IMG/VR virus record: IMGVR_UViG_3300045988_098456
DNA from: a virus
Strand: one strand, 5' to 3'
Length of the DNA stretch: 64,000 bases
In this document: one piece after another, positions 15,725 to 23,671 of the stretch
Layout of the letters: the number at the start of each line of letters is the position of its first letter
Numbering within the stretch: the first letter of the stretch is position 1
Program-made: the position numbers and the translations under genes
Notes under the pieces: generated by a model
Told to the model about the DNA's origin: nothing
Database searches by the model: none
What the model saw: the letters and a program-made list of their open reading frames with translations, nothing else

Positions 15725-16015
15725 ATGGATTTAGGAAAGGCGATTAAGACAATGAGGGTAAGCAAGGGCTTGACCCAACGACAACTTGGTAAGGCTATCG
15801 GTTGTAGTGAGACAAATATGTTGTTTATGGAGACTGGAAGAACGTTTCCACGTAAGAGTAAGATTGATGCAATATGCAAGGTATTGGAGATTCCGATGTC
15901 ATATTTGTTGATGTTCTCTATTACACCGGATGATATTCCGGAAGATAAGCAGAGTTTGTACACAAGCATCGTTGAGCCGATGCGTAACGAATTTATTAGG
16001 GAGTTATTGCGATGA
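15725..16015 (+). CDS. XRE-family HTH transcriptional regulator
   Basis: 96 aa. GKAIKTMRVSKGLTQRQLGKAIGCSETNMLFMETGRTFP is a classic HTH_3 motif. Starts 7 nt after the iscB stop. Confidence 0.7.
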   Translation: MDLGKAIKTMRVSKGLTQRQLGKAIGCSETNMLFMETGRTFPRKSKIDAICKVLEIPMSYLLMFSITPDDIPEDKQSLYTSIVEPMRNEFIRELLR

Positions 16016-16224
16016 AGAAATGCTATTATTTTGTGGCTAAGTATGTCAAGAAAGGCATAACACGAACATGTACTGGTACACAAGAGACGATTGATGGCTA
16101 TTTTGATTTCGTCAGTGCTGGAAATTTTATAGCACAGAAACATAATGTTGATTCAAAAGACGTAATTGTAACTTTTTGGTCTGAGATTAATTCAGTAATG
16201 TTAGATAAATATAAAAAGTATTAG
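16012..16224 (+). CDS. hypothetical protein
   Basis: 70-aa ORF with a 4-nt overlap with the HTH gene. Confidence 0.5.
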   Translation: MKKCYYFVAKYVKKGITRTCTGTQETIDGYFDFVSAGNFIAQKHNVDSKDVIVTFWSEINSVMLDKYKKY

Positions 16225-16235
16225 AAAGCATAAAA

Positions 16236-16415
16236 ATGGTTGAATTTGAGTATGAAGGCAGTATCATTTGGAAAAATTACGATTTCCATTTTTTGCCTTG
16301 TGTAGGAGATAAAGTTGTGATTAACAACCTTACATATAAGATTAAGTCTCGTGTGTTCAAGTGTGATGGGAAGATAGTTAAAGTGGTTTTAAAAAAGGTA
16401 GATAATGAAAGTTAG
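16236..16415 (+). CDS. hypothetical small protein (59 aa, below the ORF-track cutoff)
   Basis: Hand-translated as MVEFEYEGSIIWKNYDFHFLPCVGDKVVINNLTYKIKSRVFKCDGKIVKVVLKKVDNES. It fills the gap and overlaps the next start. Confidence 0.4.
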   Translation: MVEFEYEGSIIWKNYDFHFLPCVGDKVVINNLTYKIKSRVFKCDGKIVKVVLKKVDNES

Positions 16416-16746
16416 AATAGTTAAACATGTTTGTGCCGATGGAGTAGAAAGAGGTATCTTGGAGTACCGTAACCATTGGTGGGAGAAGTGGAAGCCATTG
16501 CATCAGGACGGAAAGCTGGCTTATGTTTCATATATGGGAACGAAACCATATAAGTCATTGCAGGAAGAGTGCTTTGATGTACTTGGATTGAATGAAGAAC
16601 AGATAAAGGTTCGTGAACAGATGTTCCGTTATATCTTGGATGCTGAAGAGGTATACATTGGTGCAAGAATTGGTAACGAATATCATATCGGCTATGATGT
16701 TGATAATGATGAGAGTCTTGAAACGCTTAGAAATTTGGAGGAATAG
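16405..16746 (+). CDS. hypothetical protein
   Basis: 113-aa ORF in the plus-strand array. Confidence 0.55.
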   Translation: MKVRIVKHVCADGVERGILEYRNHWWEKWKPLHQDGKLAYVSYMGTKPYKSLQEECFDVLGLNEEQIKVREQMFRYILDAEEVYIGARIGNEYHIGYDVDNDESLETLRNLEE

Positions 16747-16748
16747 TT

Positions 16749-17045
16749 ATGATCGGAAAGATTTTTTCGGTTAATACCGATATTGTATATCGTAGAGAGG
16801 AGAGTTTGAATCTCTTCGAAGGCAAGAAAAAACTTGATAAGGTGGTGTCCGGTCGGGTATTCAAGGAACAAATCAAGTTGCTTGGTTTTACCATCAGGAC
16901 AAAGTATTTTTATCAGATTTGCTGTCCACAAGTCAATATGAATGATACCCATGATGTTATTGTATTGAATAAGGTCGAGGATTTGGTAAGGACAGAGTGC
17001 TATAACAAGGTTGTTGAATATTCTAATAGAAAACATCATGCCTAG
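16749..17045 (+). CDS. hypothetical protein
   Basis: 98-aa ORF starting 3 nt after the upstream stop. Confidence 0.5.
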   Translation: MIGKIFSVNTDIVYRREESLNLFEGKKKLDKVVSGRVFKEQIKLLGFTIRTKYFYQICCPQVNMNDTHDVIVLNKVEDLVRTECYNKVVEYSNRKHHA

Positions 17046-17862
17046 TGTTAATTGTTTCAGAAGAGTCTTGTTGAACGTAGGTGGCAAGAAGATAATTATC
17101 AGTGTGCCGCATGGAATGACCGAAACCGAAGTAAACAAGGTTATGATTGTTACTAGAGGTTATCTTCAGCAATATGTCTATGTTGAAATGGTGTTGGCAG
17201 AGTGCTTCATGCAGAAAATCGAAAAGAGTATTCTGAAGAAGAAATGCGTTAGGTTTGAAGTTAAGAAGAAGTGGGTGGACTGTAAGAAGAACCTTCGCAA
17301 GGTGGTTAAGTATTATGACGCTTATGTTCCTAATGCAGATTTCAATAACGAATTCGCAATGACGTTTTATGACAAGATCAGTGGAGACTTGTATAAATTG
17401 CGAGATAAGATTGCGGTGAGGTTACAGAACTTAGGAATTGGTGAAAAATCGGGAGTCTATGCGAATGCAATCATCCTTTATAATCTCACCAACCTTTGTC
17501 TGGGAACTTATGAGAATATCATCCGTAAGCTGTTTGAAGAATTGCACGTTAACTTAATGCAAGCGTTCAAGGATTTTGCCCCAATACTTGCTTTTGAAAA
17601 CTCCTATGACTTCATGGCGTTAGTGATGGATAAGGATTTCGAGAGACTGGCAGACCATTTGATGACCAAAGAAATTCTTTCTTATTTCGACAAGGTGAGA
17701 AAAGGTGTCTTTGACGAACAGACATTGAATGAGGCTGCTATCAATGCAACGGAAGACTTGAAAGACGATGAGAAGGATTTGCAGCGGACATATATAGGAA
17801 TTAATGATTTTATGAAGAGTGACTTTCCTTTGGAGAGAACAACATCAAAGAAAGCAAGCTGA
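17038..17862 (+). CDS. hypothetical alpha-helical protein
   Basis: ORF track 17011..17862, first ATG at 17038, overlapping the upstream stop. Confidence 0.55.
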   Translation: MPSVNCFRRVLLNVGGKKIIISVPHGMTETEVNKVMIVTRGYLQQYVYVEMVLAECFMQKIEKSILKKKCVRFEVKKKWVDCKKNLRKVVKYYDAYVPNADFNNEFAMTFYDKISGDLYKLRDKIAVRLQNLGIGEKSGVYANAIILYNLTNLCLGTYENIIRKLFEELHVNLMQAFKDFAPILAFENSYDFMALVMDKDFERLADHLMTKEILSYFDKVRKGVFDEQTLNEAAINATEDLKDDEKDLQRTYIGINDFMKSDFPLERTTSKKAS

Positions 17863-18119
17863 TGAGAATAGAACCTAGTGAGTTCTTGCCGATAGGTAAC
17901 GAATTTCAGAAAATCTTCGGTGTAAGCTTTGGAAAGTTTATAGATATGCGGTTTCTTTTGGCAAGAAAAGAACTGGTCTTCAACTTGCTGAAGTTCACAG
18001 ATTGGCTTGAAGAGTGCTATCCGGATGAGTGTTCCATAGATGGAGTGAGTTATAATGCTGTTGTCGAGCGAAAGTTTGGTAAGCGAGGTGTTAAAATGAT
18101 AAAGAAGATGATAGGATGA
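17862..18119 (+). CDS. hypothetical protein
   Basis: 85-aa ORF with overlaps at both ends. Confidence 0.5.
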   Translation: MRIEPSEFLPIGNEFQKIFGVSFGKFIDMRFLLARKELVFNLLKFTDWLEECYPDECSIDGVSYNAVVERKFGKRGVKMIKKMIG

Positions 18120-18820
18120 AGTATATGGGTAGTAAGGCTAGAATCGTGCATGAAATATTGCCGATTATGCTGGACAAAGAGCATGATACGTTTGTAGATG
18201 CTTTCTGTGGCGGCTGTAGCGTTATAGAGAATGTTCCGAACACGTATCGAAGGATTGCCAACGATAAGAATAGGTATCTTATCGAAATGTGGAAGTATCT
18301 TCAGAATGATGGGTTTGTCTTCAACCATATTAGTAAGACGTTGTATAACTTTGCACGAGACTGCTATCACGGAAAGAATAATTTCTTCACAGAGGCTGGT
18401 GTCGGACTAATTGGCTTTATGGCGAGCTTTAATGGTCGCTTCTTTGATGGTGGCTATAGCGGACATAATGTTGTCGGCAAGAACGGAAAGGCAAGAGATT
18501 ACATAAGGGAACAGATAGAAAACACAATGCGTGATGTGCCTCTCATCAAAGGTGTTGAGTTCTATAGTGGTAGCTATGATGAACTTGTGATACCGGATAA
18601 TAGTATAGTATATTGCGATTTGCCTTACAAAGCTACGAAAAAGTATGATGTATCAAAGAATTTCGATTACGAAAGATTCTATATATGGTGCATGGAAATG
18701 GCTAGAAGAGGTCATAAGGTATTTATCAGCGAATACCAGATGCCACAGGAGGTCAGATGTGTTTGGGAAAAGGAAGTAACCAATTCCCTTAACCCGAATA
18801 TTACAAACCAATTCCCTTAA
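18116..18820 (+). CDS. dam: Dam-type (D12 class) N6-adenine DNA methyltransferase, C-terminally frameshifted
   Basis: 234 aa. MKYMGSKARIVHEILPIM, FVDAFCGGCSV (FxGxG) and VYCDLPY (DPPY-type motif IV). The last ~11 conserved residues are displaced to the +1 frame by the 28-bp duplication at 18780..18835. Confidence 0.75.
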   Translation: MKYMGSKARIVHEILPIMLDKEHDTFVDAFCGGCSVIENVPNTYRRIANDKNRYLIEMWKYLQNDGFVFNHISKTLYNFARDCYHGKNNFFTEAGVGLIGFMASFNGRFFDGGYSGHNVVGKNGKARDYIREQIENTMRDVPLIKGVEFYSGSYDELVIPDNSIVYCDLPYKATKKYDVSKNFDYERFYIWCMEMARRGHKVFISEYQMPQEVRCVWEKEVTNSLNPNITNQFP

Positions 18821-18835
18821 CCCGAATATTACAAA
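18780..18835 (+). repeat. perfect 28-bp tandem duplication (2 x ccaattcccttaacccgaatattacaaa)
   Basis: Unit 1 spans 18780..18807 and unit 2 spans 18808..18835. 28 nt is not a multiple of 3, and a TAA is created at 18818..18820. Confidence 0.9.
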
Positions 18836-18876
18836 GAGACCTATTGAAAGGTTGTTTACTATTGATTAGGATTAGG

Positions 18877-19035
18877 ATGAAAGAAACTTATTGTTTAGAA
18901 GATACGCTTTACAATACAAAGCGCTACTTCACTATGGAGAATGGAGTGGTGTCAGGAACAGAACTTGCACAAGAATACTTTAACGTGTTCCTTGATCTTG
19001 CAAGTCGGCTTGGTTATAATGTAGTGAAATTATGA
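18877..19035 (+). CDS. hypothetical small protein
   Basis: 52 aa from the first ATG of ORF track 18844..19035. Confidence 0.4.
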   Translation: MKETYCLEDTLYNTKRYFTMENGVVSGTELAQEYFNVFLDLASRLGYNVVKL

Positions 19036-19193
19036 CTAGGCGAGTACACAAGGATTGTCCGTTCACGGCAGAAGAATTGGATGAGTTCAGAGCAGCTTTG
19101 TATAATGTGAATACATCTTTTCACTGCTGTAATGCAGCTCCGGTAGACTGGTCGGCAGGATGGCAGCGGAATGATATAAGAAAGACGAGGTAG
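19032..19193 (+). CDS. hypothetical small protein (53 aa, below cutoff)
   Basis: Hand-translated as MTRRVHKDCPFTAEELDEFRAALYNVNTSFHCCNAAPVDWSAGWQRNDIRKTR. ATGA overlap with the upstream gene. Confidence 0.4.
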   Translation: MTRRVHKDCPFTAEELDEFRAALYNVNTSFHCCNAAPVDWSAGWQRNDIRKTR

Positions 19194-19199
19194 GATTTC

Positions 19200-19630
19200 C
19201 ATAATCGACCAAATACCCACGTGTCAAAGCCGTGTGATGCCCAGCGTGGGGGCGGGATTGTAAACTTAGGAGTCACACGGCTTTATTTTGAAGTTTCATA
19301 ACTACAAATAGCCTATCGCTAATGGTTGTTCCCTTGGGCAGGGAGATAGTTAATACCGCATCGTAAGATGTGAACACTTAAAATTTGCCGACAACCATTG
19401 GCAAATGCCTATTAGTCAGCGGCAGAAACCCTTGGGCAAGGTTGGGAATGGTGCGCAATCTTCAACTTCGCATCTGTCGCTGACAAACGGATGAGTGGCA
19501 TTGGCAACTGAAAGCAATGCGACCCTCGCAAACTTGGAGCGGATTTTCTGATTAAACATTCCGTGTACTGAGTCACTGGGGAGGAATTGGCCCAACAAGG
19601 GTTTAAATCCCTTGTCATCCACTAATTTTA
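19200..19630 (+). ncRNA. candidate large structured noncoding RNA (unclassified)
   Basis: ~430-nt gap with no plus-strand ORF, GC-enriched. Perfect 12-bp helix 19226-19237/19273-19284, crossing helix 19216-19221/19245-19250, 11-bp helix 19319-19329/19391-19401, 11-bp helix 19415-19425/19474-19484, hairpin 19498-19503/19515-19520, and T-arm-like hairpin 19596-19614. Confidence 0.45.
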
Positions 19631-19642
19631 AAAGGTATAATT

Positions 19643-19870
19643 ATGAACGAGTATTGTAAGAATTTGATTTCAAATGGAGTTCCTAGCTGGATAGTAGAGG
19701 AGGCTTATAAATTTACAATTGAGCCTTTGAAACCAACAGAAGGCTTGGTAGGAATTGATAAGGAAAATAGTGAGCTATATAGAAATGTCATTATCGCAGC
19801 CTACATTGAGGGTGCTAGTGCTACATTGGAAAAAGTGAAAAGATATTATGGCGATGAGGAACATAGTTAG
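19643..19870 (+). CDS. hypothetical protein
   Basis: 75-aa ORF. Confidence 0.5.
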   Translation: MNEYCKNLISNGVPSWIVEEAYKFTIEPLKPTEGLVGIDKENSELYRNVIIAAYIEGASATLEKVKRYYGDEEHS

Positions 19871-20087
19871 ACAATGGAACGAGGCAACAGAAGGATATTC
19901 GTACCGCTTCAAAGGTGGAGATATTTTCCTCCGGTTGGTTAAGGCTGAAGGTAGTTATGAATTGCGTAACCCTATAGGTTATGGTGTTCAAGTAGTCATA
20001 TGCAAAGACTTGGATGAAGCAGATGCAAAAGCCAAGGAAGTGCTAGAAGTGTTTTTTGAAGACAAAGTTAACATAAAAGTTATTTGA
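19848..20087 (+). CDS. hypothetical protein
   Basis: 79-aa ORF overlapping the upstream gene. Confidence 0.5.
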   Translation: MAMRNIVRQWNEATEGYSYRFKGGDIFLRLVKAEGSYELRNPIGYGVQVVICKDLDEADAKAKEVLEVFFEDKVNIKVI

Positions 20088-20089
20088 TT

Positions 20090-20359
20090 ATGGACTTAGA
20101 ATTGTTGATTGATAAGATAGACTTTAGTCAAGGTGCAAGGCAGATAGCCAAGCAAGCCTTGGAGTTGGGAATGAAATATCAAAAGGAAGGTGCTTGGCAT
20201 TCGGTTGAAGAATTGCCGGAGTACAACAGACGCATTGTCGGTCTGACTAAGGCTCGTAAGCGTTTCAAGCATCTGAATTTCTTGGGCGAAGAATGGTGGA
20301 AGAAGTTCACCGAGTCTAATACCATCTACAAATGGGCTTATGTGGACGATTTAGTTTGA
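20090..20359 (+). CDS. DUF551-like small protein (W..EELPE ... KWAYVDDL family)
   Basis: First ATG of ORF track 20084..20359. AWHSVEELPEYNRRIV and YKWAYVDDLV are shared with 21621, 22132, 28947 and 44252. Confidence 0.5.
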   Translation: MDLELLIDKIDFSQGARQIAKQALELGMKYQKEGAWHSVEELPEYNRRIVGLTKARKRFKHLNFLGEEWWKKFTESNTIYKWAYVDDLV

Positions 20360-20404
20360 TAGTAATCGTAGAAATCCATAATGCTATTTTGTTTTAAATG
20401 TTTA

Positions 20405-20446
20405 CCCCATCACTATATATAATAATGTAGTGGTGGGGATTTTTGT
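20405..20446 (+). terminator. intrinsic terminator
   Basis: 11-bp stem ccccatcacta / tagtggtgggg followed by atttttg. Confidence 0.65.
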
Positions 20447-20496
20447 GTTAACGTCAGTAAATTATCGGTGTTATATGTTATGATATATTAAAGAAT

Positions 20497-20608
20497 AAAA
20501 GAAACACATTAAAAAGTTTGCATATTTCAGATATTCTTTGTATCTTTGCATTGTAATTAAGAAACAAGGTTACTAATTTTAAAAAGGTGAGACACACCAC
20601 AAAAACTG
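20497..20608 (+). repeat. promoter-leader module, copy C
   Basis: Nearly identical to copy D by eye. -33 TTTGC, -7 TATCTTTG at 20541..20548, GGTGAGACACACC at 20586..20598. Confidence 0.7.
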
Positions 20609-20618
20609 TAAGAAGAAA

Positions 20619-20879
20619 GTGGAAAAGAATAATGTTTATGTAGAGGTGTTGTCAAAGATTGCCAGCATCATGGGTAGAACAAAGGAGTCTATCCAGATGT
20701 CGTCTTCAAATACTCATACGAGTATTACGATGTTTGCCGAAAATAATAGCAAGATTATTGGAAATTGGTATTTTGATGCTTCCGATAGCAAGGAGTTGGT
20801 GGATGCTACATTCAATGGTCTGAAGGCTTTGGTTGAGTCTCTTGAGCACAATAAGAGCAATGACGGACAAGCAGCGTAA
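20619..20879 (+). CDS. hypothetical protein
   Basis: 86-aa ORF with a GTG start 11 nt after module copy C. Confidence 0.45.
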   Translation: MEKNNVYVEVLSKIASIMGRTKESIQMSSSNTHTSITMFAENNSKIIGNWYFDASDSKELVDATFNGLKALVESLEHNKSNDGQAA

Positions 20880-21108
20880 GTACATAGAAAGTCTTATCAA
20901 GAAAGTGTTTCGTAATGCAGATTCGCAGAGCGAAATACTTTCCAGATTGGATATGGTTAAGATTTCAAGCCATCAAGCTTCAGTAATGATACATGCATTG
21001 AAGTTAGAGTGCAACATCGGTCGTTCCGTTCCGTCATATATGTTAATGGCAAACAATCTAAATCCAAAAATGGATGAGTTCTTTAGTATATTAGGGTACG
21101 ATGAATGA
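20860..21108 (+). CDS. hypothetical protein
   Basis: First ATG of ORF track 20833..21108 (MTDKQRKYIESL...). Confidence 0.5.
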   Translation: MTDKQRKYIESLIKKVFRNADSQSEILSRLDMVKISSHQASVMIHALKLECNIGRSVPSYMLMANNLNPKMDEFFSILGYDE

Positions 21109-21137
21109 CGTATTCTTCAAGAAGAAAAGAAGTTGAT

Positions 21138-21413
21138 ATGAAAAAGGTAATTATGATAATAGCCGTTGCCTCCATTTTGGTAGGTTGCAAAGGTAAGGGT
21201 ACAAGAGTCCAAATCTCGGATTCTGTTGACAAATTCAAGGTCGAGAAATTGTTTGTTGTAGATAGTATAACAGTATACAGGTTCTATGACCAAGGAAATG
21301 CTATCTATTTCACTAACCGGAAAGGCAGGGTAGATGCAACACATTCTGAGTACAATCCGGTTACTCATACATACAATGACGATGTTAACGAAACTTTATG
21401 TGAAGGAGATTGA
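21138..21413 (+). CDS. putative lipoprotein
   Basis: MKKVIMIIAVASILVGCKGKG is a signal peptide with lipobox LVGC. The ORF track starts at 21105. Confidence 0.55.
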   Translation: MKKVIMIIAVASILVGCKGKGTRVQISDSVDKFKVEKLFVVDSITVYRFYDQGNAIYFTNRKGRVDATHSEYNPVTHTYNDDVNETLCEGD

Positions 21414-21415
21414 AA

Positions 21416-21628
21416 ATGAATAAACGAAAATGCAAGAAGTTATTCTACAAGGAGAGTGCTAAATGGCTTTTGAAAAGAGGTTGGACTGACGGTTATATAA
21501 GTCCTAATACTATAAAATATGTAGTAAGAAAGTTAGAAAAACTCACAAAGTTAAAACTTTTATACTACTTACATAATAAAGTTGAAGAAGATTGCTTTGT
21601 GATAAGGAAGGAGGTGAACAATGACTAA
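21416..21628 (+). CDS. hypothetical basic protein
   Basis: First ATG of ORF track 21410..21628. Confidence 0.45.
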   Translation: MNKRKCKKLFYKESAKWLLKRGWTDGYISPNTIKYVVRKLEKLTKLKLLYYLHNKVEEDCFVIRKEVNND

Positions 21629-21809
21629 ATGGTACTCTGCAAAAGAAGCTCCAAAATACGAAGAATGGATTCTTACAGAATGGTATGATGGAGACGATGG
21701 ATGTATTAAGTACGATGCTGATTATCTTTACTGTTTTGTTTATTGGAAAGATTATGTAAGGAGAAACAACATCACAAAGTGGTGTTATATTAAAGATATA
21801 AAAGATTAG
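21621..21809 (+). CDS. DUF551-like small protein
   Basis: 62 aa with WYSAKEAPKYEEWIL and ITKWCYIKDI. Confidence 0.5.
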   Translation: MTKWYSAKEAPKYEEWILTEWYDGDDGCIKYDADYLYCFVYWKDYVRRNNITKWCYIKDIKD

Positions 21810-22131
21810 GTATATGAAAGTACTTAAGAAGATTTTTTGTGATCATGTTTTCGATAATCGAAATAAAGGCTTGTAGTGTTAGTCCGAATTTAAAGAGGAG
21901 GTTTGATTATGAAATTATCTGAAATAGAATTAGATTTTTTGTATGAGAAATCTGCCGAGTTGTTTAGAGATAAAGTAAAACAACGAGGGGAAGATTATGA
22001 ACATGATAATAGATGCGCTTGACCTGAAGCAGTTCGCAGAACTCATCTACGAACTCTTGCAAGAGAATCTATAGAAGATGTTAAGATTTTAATTGAAGAA
22101 CTACGTAATAATGGTTATGAAGCTTAATAAA

Positions 22132-22500
22132 ATGGTTTTTGACGATAAGAAAATAGAAGCTGCTGCTAATAAGCATATTGAGACAGAGTATGCTAGATAC
22201 AATAGTGGCGAGGTTGAGGAAGAAATGATTTGTCTTATGGGCAAAGATAGCTTCAAGGCTGGCGCTAAGTGGGCTATCAATGAGTTGATGAAGAATTTAT
22301 GGCATCCAAATACAAAAGAGCCAGATAAGAGCAAGAGCGATATTATTACCCTTGGTTTTGATAACGATGCTTATCTACAATTTAAAGAATCCATTCTTTG
22401 GAATGAGGAATCTTGGAGACATTCGATTAGCAGATGCCAAATCATCAAGTGGGCTTATTTATCTGACATACTGCCAAAGCAGGAAGGAGGTGAGCAATGA
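22132..22500 (+). CDS. DUF551-like protein, paralog of 28947..29264
   Basis: Start chosen by analogy (MVFDDKKIEAAA versus MIDDKKIEGAA). Shared motifs FKAGAKWAINELMKNLWH and IIKWAYLSDIL. Confidence 0.55.
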   Translation: MVFDDKKIEAAANKHIETEYARYNSGEVEEEMICLMGKDSFKAGAKWAINELMKNLWHPNTKEPDKSKSDIITLGFDNDAYLQFKESILWNEESWRHSISRCQIIKWAYLSDILPKQEGGEQ

Positions 22501-22658
22501 AGACTTTTATTTTTGATGTTATGCTCGACGGAAGATTCATCTGCACGTTAAAGTATAAATATTGTGCGCTCTTCCCGATAGATTTTGAAGATTTAGAGAA
22601 GTTCATTATAAGTAAGAAATCTTATCTGAAAGGAAAGGACTATAGAATTGCGTTTTAA
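22497..22658 (+). CDS. hypothetical small protein (53 aa, below cutoff)
   Basis: Hand-translated as MKTFIFDVMLDGRFICTLKYKYCALFPIDFEDLEKFIISKKSYLKGKDYRIAF. ATGA overlap with the upstream gene. Confidence 0.4.
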   Translation: MKTFIFDVMLDGRFICTLKYKYCALFPIDFEDLEKFIISKKSYLKGKDYRIAF

Positions 22659-22886
22659 GAAGTAAAGCATATGGCACTGAAATATATTGTGTACAAAGCA
22701 ATACTTTGTTTGGAATTCCTTGCTGGTGGAGTACAATGACAATATTAACAGATAGCGGTGTGTCTACATCTGCTGAGTTTAGTTCTTTGGAGGCTGCACG
22801 AAACTTTCTAGGAAAAAGCAGAGCTGTTGTTAGTCGAAAAGTGATTGAATGATTGTTTAACGCCTTCAAGCATAAATAATAGCAGT

Positions 22887-23063
22887 ATGGATAAAAATGT
22901 TGTGTTATCCAACGAAGAGTTGGAATTACTCATAACAGGCTTACATTGTGTAGATGAACGTAGTTATAATTTTTATACTACAACATATACACCTTGGAGT
23001 GAAGCTAAAAAGATAAAAGAAAATTTGCGAATAAAGCTCAAAAGATTATTGTTAAATGTTTAA
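22887..23063 (+). CDS. hypothetical small protein
   Basis: First ATG of ORF track 22845..23063 (MDKNVVLSNEELELL...). Confidence 0.45.
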   Translation: MDKNVVLSNEELELLITGLHCVDERSYNFYTTTYTPWSEAKKIKENLRIKLKRLLLNV

Positions 23064-23088
23064 CGCATCTGGGCATAAAAAATAGAAT

Positions 23089-23247
23089 ATGCAAGGACAA
23101 TTAGTTGATTTACGTTATGCGTATAAAGCCATTTGCAAAGCTTTGTTTGTCAAACAGGGGCAAGGTAATGAGTGGATGCAAAGAGATAGACAAGAAGCCT
23201 TAAAATTGTTGCGTCAAATACAACGTATTTTAAGCTATACTTATTAA
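23089..23247 (+). CDS. hypothetical small protein (52 aa, below cutoff)
   Basis: Hand-translated as MQGQLVDLRYAYKAICKALFVKQGQGNEWMQRDRQEALKLLRQIQRILSYTY. Bounded by two junction repeats. Confidence 0.4.
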   Translation: MQGQLVDLRYAYKAICKALFVKQGQGNEWMQRDRQEALKLLRQIQRILSYTY

Positions 23248-23273
23248 CGCCTTCGGGCATAAAAGATATTAGT

Positions 23274-23501
23274 ATGAAAATAAGTGATTTAGTTAAAAGC
23301 TTAGAGAAAATCAAGGCAAAACACGGAGACTTGCCTATTGCTTTTGAGGTAAGTGATGATGATTGTTGTCCTATAGTCAAAATACACGTCACAAAGATAT
23401 ATGACGATGATAGCACAATTTTAGAAGCAGGTTTCTGTGAGGTAAGAAACTTAGGTGATGGAGAGAAGTATTTAAACATTAGCGATATGTTAGGTGGTTA
23501 A
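23274..23501 (+). CDS. hypothetical small protein (paralog of 23672..23824)
   Basis: 75 aa, MKISDLVKSLEKIKAKHGDLPIAFEV..., compared with MKASELIEHLKSYIDITGGDSEVLVF. Confidence 0.5.
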   Translation: MKISDLVKSLEKIKAKHGDLPIAFEVSDDDCCPIVKIHVTKIYDDDSTILEAGFCEVRNLGDGEKYLNISDMLGG

Positions 23502-23528
23502 CTCCTTCAGACATAAATAAATAGTAAT

Positions 23529-23660
23529 ATGAATGCAACAGAAGCAAAGAAGACGCTATTTGAGATTAGAAAAAATCTTATTGACGATAAGCAGAAGCAT
23601 GCTATTTGGTTAGCAATCAAAGCTATTGATTATTGTATAAGATTGAGAAAAGGATATTAA
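23529..23660 (+). CDS. hypothetical small protein (43 aa)
   Basis: Hand-translated as MNATEAKKTLFEIRKNLIDDKQKHAIWLAIKAIDYCIRLRKGY. Bounded by junction repeats. Confidence 0.35.
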   Translation: MNATEAKKTLFEIRKNLIDDKQKHAIWLAIKAIDYCIRLRKGY

Positions 23661-23671
23661 CAGATAGTAAT

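Noticed and set aside
15526-16143. 205-aa minus-strand ORF overlapping the iscB 3' end, the XRE HTH gene and the next ORF.
   Set aside because: It is antisense to three tightly packed plus-strand genes, two of which have clear motifs. There is no promoter on that side, and the translation has no recognisable features.
19596-19622. An attP core carrying the 3' end of a host tRNA gene.
   Set aside because: No integrase is present anywhere in the window, and the T loop is non-canonical for a bacterial tRNA. This cannot be excluded without the host genome.
19486-19630. Possible tmRNA or an intron-containing tRNA, because of the T-arm-like hairpin (caaggg-tttaaat-cccttg) and the ggatga/tcatcc acceptor-like pairing.
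   Set aside because: The closed element is only ~135 nt. It has no tag-like reading frame ending in Ala-Ala-stop, no anticodon arm, and a T loop (TTTAAAT) that lacks the conserved C56. It is kept only as a descriptive feature of the larger structured region.
22606-22869. 87-aa minus-strand ORF and the 109-aa minus-strand ORF at 23150..23479.
   Set aside because: Both are antisense to the plus-strand small-gene array, whose members are delimited by the conserved junction repeats.
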